IMG/VR virus record: IMGVR_UViG_3300025689_000001
Location: 58,746-122,745 of that record
DNA from: a virus
Lineage: Duplodnaviria; Caudoviricetes
DNA length: 64,000 nucleotides
Direction: 5' to 3' (one strand)
The notes under the pieces are model-generated. The model was not told the origin of the DNA. It saw nothing but the letters and a program-made list of their open reading frames with translations, and did no database searches. Made by a program: the position numbers and the translations under genes. Below, in pieces: positions 1 to 13,949 of the stretch; within the stretch, counting starts at the first letter, position 1, and each line of letters starts with the position of its first letter.

Positions 1-3000
1 GCTCTTGCTGAGATTCGTAAAGTTCTGAAAGTCCATCGATAACTTCATCAATTGCTTCATCAAGTAATGACTCTCTATCTTGTTGTACTTCTTTTTCAAG
101 TTGACGAGTTTCAAGTTCATTAGCGCCAGATGTATCTCTCTGCATCAATGAAAGTTTCTTTTCTTTCTGTGCTAAATCTTCGTATTTATTTTCCTTATCT
201 CTTAACTATCTCTATTTATCAATTGCGTCCTAAAGAGCATCAAGATAATCATCATCAGCATCTTTCATTGCATCGTACTTATCTTTAAGAGCATCAACCT
301 CTTCTTGATATTGCGCCTTAAGAGCTTCTGCAATCTCAGTCTCCATTGCGGCGTAATTATTGAGAGCAGTTTTTCTTTGTTCTTGTAATTCCTTTTCTGC
401 CTTACGAACATTGCCTTCAGATTTAAGAAGTTCATCTCTATATTTATTATAATTAGAAACCTACTCTTCAAGGAGGTCTTTAATATCGTCAGTGAACTTA
501 GCTTCATTAATAAGACGTTGGTCAATAATATACTTACCAGTTCTGTTATCTTTACGAGCATAGTCACCAAAGTTAACATTAGTAGTTTGACCAGTTTCTC
601 TATTAGTGTAAGCGTAGTTACCATTTTCAATCATATCGGCATAATTTTTCAATCCTGCCTAAATGACCTATTGTTTAGCTGTTTCTTCTGCGACCAAGTT
701 ATGAGTTGCATTTGCATAACGCTGAAGTGCAACAGTTGAGTCTTCGATAGACTTAGAATCAGCAAGTAAGTCCTTAGAACGAGAAATTTCATCGTTAAAT
801 GAATTAATTGCTTCATCATAATTATATAAATAGTCAAGTGAAGACTTACGGTTATCCTTACCATAAAGAAGGTCATTATATTCTTTAAGAGCTTCATTTA
901 ATTTCTCTTGTTTTTCAGCTACGTCCTCTTGAGCCTTAGCCAAATCTTCTAATGCCTATTCATGGTCTTTTGTTGCATCAGCAACACTTTTAACCTTTTC
1001 TTCGTCTGGGAGATAAGAGTCTCTCATCGTAGAGAGTTCTCTTAACGCAGCTTTTATTTTATTTTGTGTTTCAAGATACTCTTTAGACCCCGGCTTAATT
1101 GAATTGAGACCGCTTTGATATTCAGCAATTTGATTATTAATGTCTTTTAACTTATCTGCATATTCTGAATTGATATTGTTAATTTCTTCAGTAGTTTCCG
1201 CCCTCTGAGCTCTATAGATATCGAGAGCTTTATCTGCATAAGTTTTAGCCCATCCAGATAAATTCATATTATATTGCTGCTGTCTCGTAATTAAGATATC
1301 TTGTTCTGCCGCGAGTCTCTGTTTAGTAGCAATAAGTAAATCTCTTTCAGCAATAATTGAATCTCTCTATATTTTTAATTCATCTATTTTAGCTTGTGTT
1401 TCTTTATTTGCTACTTCAAGAATTGCATCAGCATTATTTAGCTGATTTTTAAATTCCTAAGTAAGTTTTTCTTCATTAAGAATAACTTTGCCATCGTCTG
1501 TAAAGTCTAAAAATTCAGATGCTTCAAGACCAAGTTCAGCAAGTGCTTTTTCTACCTCTTGAGACTGTGTAAATGAGATAAAGCCATCTTTAAGTTGAGA
1601 GGTAATTGCACTACTTAAATCACTATATCCCTTAACCCATTTTTCAAGTCCTTCTTCAATACTATCTGTTATTGAATCAACAACGTCTTGTGATTTAACT
1701 CCGAAGGAAGCAATACCAGCCTTTGTAGCTTCTGTTACGAATTTGTCAGCAAGTTTTTTCGCTTCTTCTTCATCAAGTGTTTCTTCCAAGATTTCAAGTA
1801 TCTAATCTTGGTACTGAGAGAAATTAGTTAAATCAATTTCATCCCAAGGTATTTGCATCATAGCTAAAATCTAATTCTTTGTTAAGTCTTCATTTTCAGC
1901 AAGAGTTGACATTAAAGAATTAGTAAAGGTATCTGCACCAATTTTAGCATGTTCACTTAGTTTTGAAAATGCGTCATCTAATTTCGTAAGTTCGTTCTAT
2001 GTCCAGCCGTCCAGTGACCCTTCTGCTATACCCGTATTTGCCGCAACAGTAGTTATTTTTTCTTGTAAACTCTTAATAGCATCATCAACAGCAGTTCCAG
2101 CGTAGGCTTTTCCACTGTCTGTTTCCATACTATTCTAAAGAGTAGTTTTTGCTCTATTAAGACCATCTACTGTTAAATCATTCATTGAAGAATAAAATTC
2201 TTCAACTGCCGTCTATTCTTCTTCTGTTAATTTAGCAAGTTCTGCTTGTCTTTGTTCGTAAATTTGTTGATATGCTTCATCGAAATATTGTAATGTATCG
2301 GTATACTTTTTCCATTTTTCGTCATCTTTACGTGCATCATTCCACCCACTGGAGGTGAGTTTTTCCAAATCTAATCCTTGCTCATCAATCATAGAATTGA
2401 TTCTTTCAAAAACATCTTGAACCTTTACACCGTTACTATCAATTTCTTTTACTGTTTCTGACCAAGTTTTTAAATTATCAGCACCAAATAAACCATGAAT
2501 TTCTTCTGCATATTTTTCCATGTCAGAAGCATTATCAAAACCTTGTCCATTTGATATGCCAGCATTAAATAGTTTTTCTGCCATATCATTTATTTCTGAC
2601 TGAGATGGCATTGAGGCTTCCATCATACCTGCCATGAAATCTGCGACTGATTTTGAAACATCAAACTCACTCTCAATCATACTTGCTCTTTGTGCATGAC
2701 GACGCTATTTATTTAAGTCTAACTCATCATCTCTAACTTCTTCTTGCTTTTTAATAAAATTATCATTACTTTCGATATATTCTTTAAGATAAAGTGCATT
2801 TGCATTTGTAGATTCTTCAAAGGTATCTCCCATATATTCCATACCCTAAAAAATCTAACGCATATCTGCACCCTGTTGTTGAATAGACTCTAAGAAATAA
2901 CCAAAATCTGAAACATCTTCATAAGAAGCATTATATTTCTTATAACGCTTTAAGCTCTCTATTATATCATTGATATCTTCTTCACTCAAAGAATTTATAT

Positions 3001-6000
3001 CATGGTCACCAAAATAGTCTTTAATCCAATCTCCAAAAGAGCCTTCTTCATAAGCGTAAGTTTCAGCATCATATATGCTAAATTTCTTATTATTAAGTTT
3101 GGCAATTGCATCCTAATAAATTGAAGCATTTTCAGTGTCTACTTTAAACTGAGCATTTGTAACATCCTCATCAGCATTTATAAGTGCAAGCTGAGCAACA
3201 TAATCATTTCGATTTGCTTCTTTAGCTGCCAAATTAGCTTTTTTAATTATGTCATCCCACAGAGTATTTTGAGTAACCAATTCTTTAGTTATTTCATTAT
3301 AGCTTACGACAACTGAAGGAAGCTCATCTCTAATCTGCTATACTAATTCTTCATAACGATTCTGTTCCTCAGTAGTTCTCACTACTTTATTAGCAAGCTC
3401 TTCATATTCTTCTTTTAACTCTTTTGCTGCAGTGGCTTCTTTTTCAGCATTAGTTTTGCTTTCTTTTGACTGAACAGCAATCTTATTGGCTTCTTCTGCC
3501 GCTTTTTTAGCGTCTTCAAGCTCTTCCTAAGCAGTTTTCTTACCAGCTTTTGCATTTTTAATTAAAAAAGAAACTAAAACAACCAGACCGGTAATTGCTG
3601 CCGCGATAGCAACAACAATTGCGCCGATACCGGCGGTACCAGTAATAAAACCAGTGGTTAATCCTCCACCGACTGCAAGGCCAGTAGCTTCAGCTGCGGC
3701 TGCCTAAGTAACTCCACCGGCAGTAATTGCTGCTGTCTCAGCTGCTTGTTCCGCCGTAACTGCTGCGACTCTTTCTGCTCCACCTTTTAGTTGAAGTTTT
3801 GTTAACTATTTCTAATGAACTCTTGCAAGAACTTCTTGCAAAGCAAATTGCGCCGCCATTACAGTTAATTGAATAGACATCATTTTAAGAACATCAATTG
3901 CATCTGCTCCAGAAGCTATCATAGCAAAAGCAGAAATTGCAGCCTGTCCTACTGCGGCGAAGCCTTGTCTCATACCTTCAAGTCTTGCTTGGTTCTAATT
4001 AAACTGTTTAATTACAGCATCTGCATTTTGTAGCTCTGTTGCCATTTCTCGTGCTTTTTGACCATTTGCACCGAAAGTCTACAACATCTATTTTGCAGCC
4101 TTATCTGCTTCTTGTTCGCTTAAACCAACGTCACGACCAGCCTAAGCAAGTGCATGGTATGAGTTTAACATACCATTCATCTTAGAAGTATCAACTTGCT
4201 GAAGAATATTTACTCCGCCATTCTTTGCAAGCATCTTATTAGAATCATTTACAAGAGTTGTAATTTGATTTTTTGTTTGTAATGCTGCTTTATAGTCAAT
4301 TGCAGTAGGTATTTGAACACCTTTCTTTAATACTTTATTAAATCCTGTCAGTATCTTAGTACCAGCTAATGTACCAATACTTGAAAGTATATTAATAGAA
4401 CTCTTTAATGTAGTAAAGAATGTTGAAATAAATGATTTTGCTGCCCAAATAGCAACTGGACCTAAAACAATTAAACGCTTCCATTTAATATTCTAAACTT
4501 TATCTAAGAATACTCCTAAACTATCAATTAAGCCTTTAAATACATCACTATTAAGAATGTTAACTCTAAATTCTTCCCATTTAGTATTTAACTGATTAAG
4601 TTTGTATTCCATAGTGTCAGCATATTTAGCGAACTGTTCATCAGCTTTTCCTTCTGACTCTGCGGCAATATCCATCAATTCAGCTGTTCTTTCATAGTTG
4701 TCCATCATAGCGATGAAACGAGACTGCTGACGTGAACCTGCGGCAATAGTAGCTACATAACGCTGAGTATTTCTATCAAGGCTATCCCACTTTTGACTTA
4801 ATTCAAGGAATACATCATCAAGGTTTCTGAACTGTCCATCAACATCTTTTAATTCAACACCAACCGATTTTAATGCCTTATCAACTTTGTTGTAATCCAA
4901 ATCTTCAAACTCAGAGTCTGCTGTACCAGCAATATTCTCTTTTAACTCAGTAAATCTTGCAATAATAGTCTTTAAAGATGTACCAATGTTCTCAGCAGAT
5001 TCCTAAGTTGTTTCAATCATCTGAGTAAGGAATGTAGATGTGTTTTCAAATGACATACCAGCAGAATTAGCAATTGATGCTGTTCTTGCCATAGCTTGTG
5101 CAATATCATCAACAGATGCTGCGGCGTGAGCTGCAAGGTTTGAATAAACATCAGTTACTCGTCCACCTTCGTCCATTTCCATTTTGAAACCACGAATAGC
5201 AGATGTCATTTCCTGAGTAGCTGTTTCAAAATCATTACCTGCTAAAGTAGCAAGTTTCATGGTATTAGTTGTTAACTCAAGAGCTTCTTTAGTATCAAGA
5301 CCTTGCTGATAGAACAAAGCAGATGCTTTAATTACATCATTAGTCTTTTGTCCAAGGTTAGATGCCATATTTGCATACTAACTATAAGAATCCCACATCT
5401 GGTTAACGCTGTATTTAGTAACCATTGCAATTGATGCAAATGATTTATCAAGTTCTTTTACATCATTATATGTCTGCTTAATAGTTCTTTTAAGTAAATT
5501 TAAAACAGAAGTTGCGCTTAAAAGCATTAAAATTCTGTTTTTCATGTTATCAAATGAAGCACTTGCAGACTCTGTTGCCTTAGTTGCATTATAAATAGAA
5601 GATGTACTACCATTAAATGCAACACGCATTTCTTCAGTAGTTCTAGTTAAAGATGATGTTGCAGCAACGACACCTTGCATAGCAACTTTATTCTGATTCT
5701 CTGCTGCAGTTCTCTGTTGCTCTTGTGCCGTTAAAGCTGCGCTACTTTGACGCATAGCATCAAGTGAAGCAGTTGTACCATTAATAACTGATTGAGCATC
5801 GGAAGAGAAATTAATATTACTATCAGTAATATCGCCAATTAAAGCTCTACTTTCAACAGCGGCATTGTATTTTGAGCCTGCTTCTGACTTAGCTGCAAGT
5901 TCATCTCTCTTCTTAATTACTTCTTCAATTTTTTGTTTAAGTGCATCTACGTCAACAACAAATTTTTGAAGTTGCTCCTCAGAGCCAATCATACTATTCT

Positions 6001-6727
6001 TGATACCATTCTACCAGACATTACTAAAATCCTGACCATCACGAATAGCTTCTGCGAACATCTTATTTAGGTCTTGACGTAACTCCTTAACTTCAGCTGC
6101 CTTAAAACCGCTTGCAGAACCGAAGCCAGCAGAAATATCATCTGAACCAAGAAGTGATTTACCAGCACCGGTTGCAGTAACTTTCTAACCTGCCTGTCTT
6201 CTTGCTTCATCTGCTGAAGCTCTAAGAGACTCTTCAAGTGCTTTTCTGAGTTTTAACTCCTCTTCTAACTTCTTAATAACGTCATCTTCTGACTTAACAG
6301 TTTTTGCTAAATCATCAGATACTTGTGCACTAAAACCAAGTTTTGAAAATTGTCCAGAAAAAGCCTTCTAAAGGTCTACGATTTTCCTCTTAGCTTCTTC
6401 AAGTTTCTTTTCAAACTCCATAATAGAAGAGGTTGGAAATGCTTTCTTATCTCTTGAAATTCTCTCAAGCTCTTTACCTAACTATCCAAGAGATGAAAAT
6501 GTATTATCTACTCTCTTCTGATAATTTTGAATTTCTCTTGAACTTTCTTTACCAAAAGCACCTTCGTTACGAAGATTCTTAAATTTCTCTTCGAGTCTGT
6601 CTAATGATTTAGTAAGTCCAGAGGTTATACTTGATTTCGCGCCAGCCTACTCCATTGCAGTAATCGCAGCACGATAATCTCGGATTATACCAGAGGCGTC
6701 TAATCCAATTTCAATTTTCTTCGTCAT
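1..6727 (-). CDS. Tail tape measure protein (runs off the window edge; many in-frame TAG read as Gln)
   Basis: ORF fragments 461-652, 668-943, 956-1267, 1457-1789, 2213-2680, 4493-4900, 5003-5368 and 5378-5992 share one frame and the checked junctions are TAG. TP901-type tape-measure motifs are present (AAASVDDIAQAM..TASIA..AGMSFE; ESAENIGTSLKTIIARF). ATG at 6727 with SD GAGGTG. Confidence 0.92.
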
Positions 6728-6741
6728 TCAATTTTCACCTC

Positions 6742-8814
6742 TTATGATAATAATTGACTTACAGATACCTCAAATTTCTTTAATTGATAAACTAAAGATT
6801 GATATCTGCTGACCAATGAGTCTATTTGTAATGTTTCTGCATCTAATGGATTTACTGAGGCAACCTGCATACCAGTCTCGCTATCAGTGATTGTCGTTCC
6901 ATCATATCTACGAGTTTCATATGGAAAGAGTGAAGTATTCTCTAATGAGTAAAAAATATTATTCATTCTGCCTTCATCCTCTTTTATTTTATCAAGTGCA
7001 TAACCAAAAATGCAAGAAGCTGGAATATAATGTCCATTCGCCACAATTAAATAGTTAATTGTGTCACTACCCTATCCTTCAAGACGAAGTAGTTTGTCAA
7101 CATTATTATCCATAATTGTTGTTGCAATCTTCTCTAAATCAGGGAAGTTTCTAAAGCTACCTGCATATTTAGAAAGCAAAGCGTTATTAGCTTGAACAAA
7201 CTTTAGTAAATTTATTTCTTGCTATGATAAATAACGTTTGATAATGGTCGAATTAAGATTCATACCTCTTACTTGTGCAGACATTAATGTGAAGTGTTTT
7301 TCATTAGTAATGTAGTTTTTAATATTAAAACCAACGTTAAGCATTCCTCTTCTACCTGCGTTTACTTGGAACATCATATCTGAAAAAGACTAACCAGCTG
7401 ATTTATAATCATTACCATATGTTTCTTTACCTTTTGCTGCACTCTCAGCAAGTACCATATTACCTGCGCTGTTATACATTTGTTGCATGCTACCAGTTGA
7501 TGCAGCTTCAATACCTAATGTATTTAAATGATAATAAGAGCCCAATTCACCAAGTATACCAGCGATAACAGAATTTGATTTCAATGAGTTACCATTTGTA
7601 TTTAGATAAGTTTTTATTATCTTCGCATTAATAACTCCTTTAATTGGTAAATCAGCAATTTGCTTCTTAGCTTCTTTACTTATTCTAAAATTTCTTCTCT
7701 TACCAGCTATATCCACATGAAGATAATCGTGAGGAAAGTTTCTAAAGAAATTTAACATATTTTCTTCAAAGCTCGTAGCAAGTTCGTCAATAACCGATTT
7801 CTCATTGCCGCCCTGAGCTTCAAGTGTAAAGAATACTGAATTACCATTTTTAATGTTGATTCTAATTGGATATTTTTCCAATTCAGCTTTAGCTTCAGGA
7901 TTTAACTAAAGAATCTATGCTCTAATACCTTTATTTACTTCTTCACCGAATGAAATAAGCCATTCTTTAAGTAGGTCATGCATTTCTCTATAACCTGCAC
8001 CCTTCATACCTTTTATTTTCTTTTTGACCTTACCTAATCCTTCAGATGCAAGAGTAATATATTCGTCTGCTGAAAAAGACTCTAAGAATTTATCTTGTAT
8101 TTCCTTTTCCAATTCTTTAATTGCAAGAGTGGTAAGAGCATCAATGCTACCTTTACTATTTTTTCTTTTCATTAAAGCATCTTGCATTTCTTTTTCAAGT
8201 ATTGCCATCTTTTTATCGTCATCAAGGTCATAAAAAGATTTTCTTCTGCCAAGACCTTTTTCCCAGTCTTTTCTTGAAAGTCGTGTTTTTATTTGAGGTA
8301 CATTTCTAAGATAATTATACATTTCTTCACTTCTAATAACACAGTAAGCTTGGCTCTGGCTATCGAGAGTACTAAAACCACCTCTACCATTTGCTCTTGT
8401 TAAAACACGATAAAACATAAGCCAATCCCAGAATCTTATTTTATCTTTCGCGGCGCCACCTACTGGATATTGACCTGGAAAATTTTTTAACTATGACATA
8501 TGGTCTCCGTATCCTTCTGTACGAGATAATTCTTTTACTAAAGTATACCAAAGGTCTTGTTCAACGCCTTGATATTTTTCCTTCTTTGAGGTTAATTTAA
8601 CAACTAAATCTTTTTTGCCATATTTAATCTATTCTTCTTGCCAAATTTTATATTCCTATCTCGCTTCAGCTTTAATCTTATTCTAAATCTTAGCCCAGGT
8701 TGTAGTAAAAGCCATTCCCTCAAAGTACTAATATTTAGCATCTTTTGCAACGATAGAAGATACCATATTACCATAGGCTTCAGGCGGCTATAAAAGCTTT
8801 GGATAATTTGCCAT
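6742..8814 (-). CDS. Hypothetical virion-module protein (TAG-recoded)
   Basis: Fragments 6742-7044, 7390-7881 and 7915-8418 are in one frame and extend through TAGs to ATG at 8814. Confidence 0.7.
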
Positions 8815-8820
8815 TCAGCA

Positions 8821-9723
8821 TCACATATATTCTCCCGTGAGCTCGTCATTTAAAAATGTTATTTTTAAAATAGAGTTCAACTCAGCTTTCTATCCTTCTT
8901 GTGGGTAACCTGTAAAATAAAAATCACTTACGACAGGATTATCATAAGCAGTACCAAGTTTCATTGCGAGACTTGATTGAATTTTCAATCTTGGTATTTC
9001 AATAATTGCTGTTCTTGGTTCCCCGCTAAAGAAATCTTTTACAGTTGTTTTTGCAGTAAGATTTAAAAAACCATTAAACAATCTATTACCAATATCAAGC
9101 TGGAGTATATCATCAACATAATCAAAAGTATAATCAACCATTATTTTTCTATGCTCGCCCCTAAAGATGATTCTATTACCGCAAACTTCAAATTTCATTA
9201 TTCTGTTACCAGTCTCCATGTCGTAGCAGAATAAAAATCTATCAGGTTTAGGAGGGAGTGGTTTAAGTGGTAACCATTCTCTTCTTCCCATAGGCATTTG
9301 CTCATTCTCAGGATTACCCTATAAGCCCCATTGTCCATCGACATGATTTGGAATGTATTTGAGATTAACAAACCACTAATCATCGTCTTCAATAACATCG
9401 AGCTATTCTTTATAAGAAACAGACTTAGCTTTCTTATTATTCAATTTAGAATTACTAAGAACAGCCCACGTTGTTGGAGATAACACACCATGAGTAATAG
9501 CGAAAGTTGCTTCTTTATCAGTTTCCCAATCAATAAGCATATTATTATTATATCCGCCGCGAGCTTGTTTATGTTCTTTTATTTCCTATACCTGTGCGAT
9601 ATCGGCACGCTCAAAACTAAGAATAGTTTCATTTATATCATATTTTCTACCACCCAACTCTATGGGCTGACTAATACGAATGTTAATATCATATAATTCT
9701 TTCATACCAACAAGGTTGTCCAT
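8821..9723 (-). CDS. Tail-tube-family paralogue 5 (divergent, TAG-recoded)
   Basis: ATG 9723 with SD GGAGGTG, read through TAG to TGA 8821. Motifs MDNLVGMKELYDI and ARGGYNNNMLIDWETDKE resemble GIKEVADV / GGxGNxKLIxWDYGK of the upstream paralogues. Confidence 0.6.
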
Positions 9724-9825
9724 AGCTGACACCTCCTCTAATAATCTTCTTTATATAATGTAGTTTTCTTTAGACTAAGCTCTATAAAACAGAAAAGAGC
9801 AGAACTGTAAGTCCTGCTCTTGACA

Positions 9826-12021
9826 TTAATATATTTCGATATTCTTTCCGACAATCTCTTCACGAATCTGCATTGTTGGAGTATAGGCATGGCGCTTGTT
9901 CTGAGGTATAATCTTAAATCCACCTTCAAGCTTGTCCTCTTCAACATCATACTGTCTTAATTCAATCATTGATTTCTTATCAGACTTTGGAACTAAAACA
10001 TCAACATCTATTGAGAAAGTAGAAGGATTTCCTGACGCCTGGAGCTATATTTTAGTTGAAGCTGATATTGCGGCGCGATTAACAATAAACTAAAGTCGTC
10101 TGTCTTTACCAGTCTACTGTTCTCTGATGTAAGTCTCACCAACGATTAAGAACTCACCCGGGAATGTATCAACATCAATTGACAAATCAGTGCCGATAAA
10201 AGTAATATCATTTACATCCTCATCAATTGTGCGGCTACGCTTATAGTAAACGGTTCCTTGTTTAAGATTGATAAAGTCTCTTTTTACCACACTAAAATAA
10301 ACAAGATAACAGTTTTCTTTTTCTTCATAATCTGTTATCATAGATTCTTGTCCTACATGGACTACGTTGTTTCCTTCTTTAACAATCTTGAAAAGTTTAC
10401 TATCTTCGGGATAATTACCATACTAATCAGTAACTTTGTTAATAACAAAATCAGCAGAGGTTAAATTCTCAACCCAATCTGCCTCATATTGGTTTTCCAA
10501 ATAAGACTTTACCGCAGTTAAATAATCTTCCTCAGTAAGAGAACCTTTCTTATAAACTCTTACACACTTCTATGCAAGAATTTTTTCATCAAGAATTTTC
10601 TCCATCATAAAAGGTAACATTGTTTTAGCATCATAGAAAACTGTAAAGTTAGACTAATCATTGCGATATAACTTCTTTACATTTCGCATCTGCTCAATAA
10701 GGTCGATTGCAAGTCCTTCCTTTTTATTAACAACACATTTCTCAAAACGGTCAATAACCTGAGCTTCATATAAATCATTTTCAAAATGACCTGTCTTACT
10801 AAACTCATCAATCTCTTCTGCAATAAAATTGATGACTTCTTGCGGCATAGCAGTATAAATTTTATCCTGCATATCACACCAGCATAAATCTCCAATTGCA
10901 TCTTCAAGATAATGAGGGAATATATAGTAAAGAATATGACTTAAGAAGAATTCATTACCTATATGGAAAGTAGGATTGAATCCGCCGTCTTGTGTACTAT
11001 CCTTATTATACCCAGTAAAGATGCTCTTCAAAATATCAATTGTTGGAGTTACTGTATGCATTTCCCCAGAAGGAGTATCTGACCTAAGAGTCATATTGTC
11101 GGCGCTAATATAACACCAAACACATTTAAAACCAGAAGGAGTCTTTTCAAGAGAGAAGTTAATCTGAATAACAATATCATAAGAAGCGTCATGAGTCTCA
11201 AGACTTTCCTTTCTTGTAATATCATCTTCTCCCTTCTTTTTAAATGTAACCGTTACGTCACGCCAACCGCCCCAGCGTTCTCCATTTTTAAGAGCTGCAA
11301 CTTCTTTTGCTTCTTCAAGCTCTCGTGCTAAAGATAAATCTTGAATAACAATAGAAACTCCTTCATAATCATTCGCATTGTAATCAAAATATGGAGCGAT
11401 ATTTCTTGAGTGAGGTGTCTTTTGTTTTCTTCTGTAATAAGCATCCTTCAAAAGCCATCTATTCTCTGCAACCATAGAATCAATAGCTACGTCCTGCCCT
11501 TCTGAATCGTAGAGGTATTTAGAAGTATGATTATTATAGTCTTTTAATCTGTTCCAAGCAATATCATCGGCATAACCTGTACGAGGGTCAAAACCCGCTT
11601 TCTAAGCGCATCTATATATAATCTCCCATTCTCCCTCAGTAAGCTCAGGAGAAGGATAAGCCTTTGTAGAATAATGCTTCTGTCCGTACTTATTAGCAAC
11701 ATTAAGTTTTGCAATGGCGGAGGTCCATGGAGACATCTTCGCCATTACTCTACCGTTCATAAAAGTATTTAAGGACATTTGAGAGAACAAAGCGTCCTCT
11801 AATTTCAATTTCAAATCTTTACCGAAGTTCCAAGAAAGAATTTTGCCATTTCCTTTTCCGCCATTCGCTGGAACGGCAGTAACGCTCTTATCCAAAGAAG
11901 TAACTTTTAACGTATCAAAATATAAAACTGGAATATAGAACTCTTCATCACCAACTCTTGTAATAGAATAAAATACTACATCAGCGACCTCTTTTATTCC
12001 ATACTGTTTAAATATATTCAA
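9826..12021 (-). CDS. Tail-tube-family paralogue 4 (TAG-recoded)
   Basis: Fragments 11602-12021, 10654-11475 and 10114-10341 are in frame; shared N-terminal MNIFKQYGIKEVADV and C-terminal FPGEFLIVGETYIRE motifs; TAA at 9826. Confidence 0.75.
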
Positions 12022-13934
12022 TCTTCCTCACCTCTTTGTACTAAAGCATTAAATTCGTCAGGTGACAAATCTTTTGAGAACAATACCTGACGCATATTAG
12101 TAAGCCAAGTTCCATCAACTGACCTATATCCTAAGTCTGCCACACCACTGATATGAGCTGCAACATTAGAAACATCTTCTTGTGAAGACTCAGCGGATTT
12201 CTTAAAGCCTTGCTCGTATCCCTCTTCCACAAGTGTACTTGCAATACTACGAGGAGATGCCGCATCAAGAGTAATATCAATACCAGAAGCTAAACCAACC
12301 TTATTCTCCCAAGGCTCAGGATTTAATACTGGATTTGGACTTGTAAATGGTGAAACATCTGAGCTACCACTAATATTGTCACAATATTTAGTTGGGCTTG
12401 TTTCATACTCTGTTAGCTTCATCATTACTCCATCAGCACGGCGGAGCGCCGTGAGCTTCATATTAAACACTGTTGGCTCACCTGTTGTAGTTAAACTTAT
12501 CTTATTATCTGGATGAAGTTTGCAAAGCGGAATTTCAAACTGATAATTATGGTCCATTCCAAAACGGTCTCTCTTAGTTGTTTCACCAACTAATCTGTAT
12601 GTGCCAGGGTAGTGGATTGGGTCAATAATGAGCTGGCTTCCTAAAGCCTCGTGCTGTTTAGCTTTCGTTCTTGTCCATTTATAGTAATACTCTCCTGCTC
12701 TTATAATTCTTAAGTTACCAGTTATTCTCTTTCCACTCTTAGTGTAGTATTCATAACTGTTAGGTCTATAAGGCTAAAGAGTAGTTGGGTCAATAAAAAC
12801 AGTTAACTCTGTTTGTGAATATTTTGTGATATAGCGATAATTGCTATGGTTTAAATTTGCATCTGTGTCTATACAGAAGCAACAAGGAGCTTGAACTTTT
12901 TCAATACGCTCGATAAGCTCTACCTTTTTATATGCTGTATCAATATCATATATCACATTTTGCGGCGGCGCAACGTTGGTATTATACTCAACTCCGACGT
13001 TTGCAAAATAACGATAAGGCAAGTATTTATTTTCTTTATAAAAATCATACTCAATTTCAGTCATTTCACTGTATTTCTTATCTTTTGCACAGCCTTTTCT
13101 ATATCCATCAATGTATAAGTTTTGAGTTAAGAACCAAGGAGTTTCTGGCTTAGAATCTTCATTTGGTCCCCATGTGACTCTTTCAACTTTTTCAGTGTAT
13201 TCAGCTAAGTTCTCTTTAATGTAGTTAAAGGTTTCTTTACTAAATTGTGAATAAGTATTCATAAGTCTTGTAAGTTCTTCAATGGTTTCTTCTTCTGAAA
13301 GAGATTTAATCAATTCCCAAGAATTGAAGAAATACCATCTCTATGTCTACTCACGATAGAATAGAATTAACTTCTCAAAAGAAACTCTTTTTCTATCAGT
13401 GTTTGAAGTTATAAATCCATCTACCAGCCAACAGTAAATAGAAGCCTATCCAACATATTCTTTATCATAGCCCTCTTCAGGTTTCTCACAATGACATGGA
13501 TAAGTTTCATGGGCTGGTTTTCTATCAGGGATAATAAAAAAATCTGAAAACTTTTCTACCGTTAAAGTAGCAGTTCTCAGACAAGTATCTGGCGTATTAT
13601 TATCAGTATTTCTATCAAAGAAATATTGCAGAGAAAGCTATAATCCTTTCGCGTCTAATTTTCCGCCCCAGTTCATACTGGCACTTGCCGGAGTAAAGAG
13701 TGCGTCTTCTAATGTAACGACAATATCTTTACCATAATCCCACGTTATTAATTTTGGATTTCCTATGCCTCCCTGTGCAGATGTCTACTAAGTAGTTTCC
13801 TCTACAGTGGACACCCTGAGGGTGTCCATGTAGAGAACAGGGATATAGATTTCGTCATCGTTTTCATCAAGCTCAATGGCATAAAGACAAACATCTGCAA
13901 TTTCTTTAATGCCATATTGCTCAAATATATTCAT
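12018..13934 (-). CDS. Tail-tube-family paralogue 3 (TAG-recoded)
   Basis: ATG 13934 MNIFEQYGIKEIADV...GGIGNPKLITWDYGKD; joins 12774-13313 and 12018-12557 in frame. Confidence 0.75.
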
Positions 13935-13949
13935 CTAATCCCTCCTTCA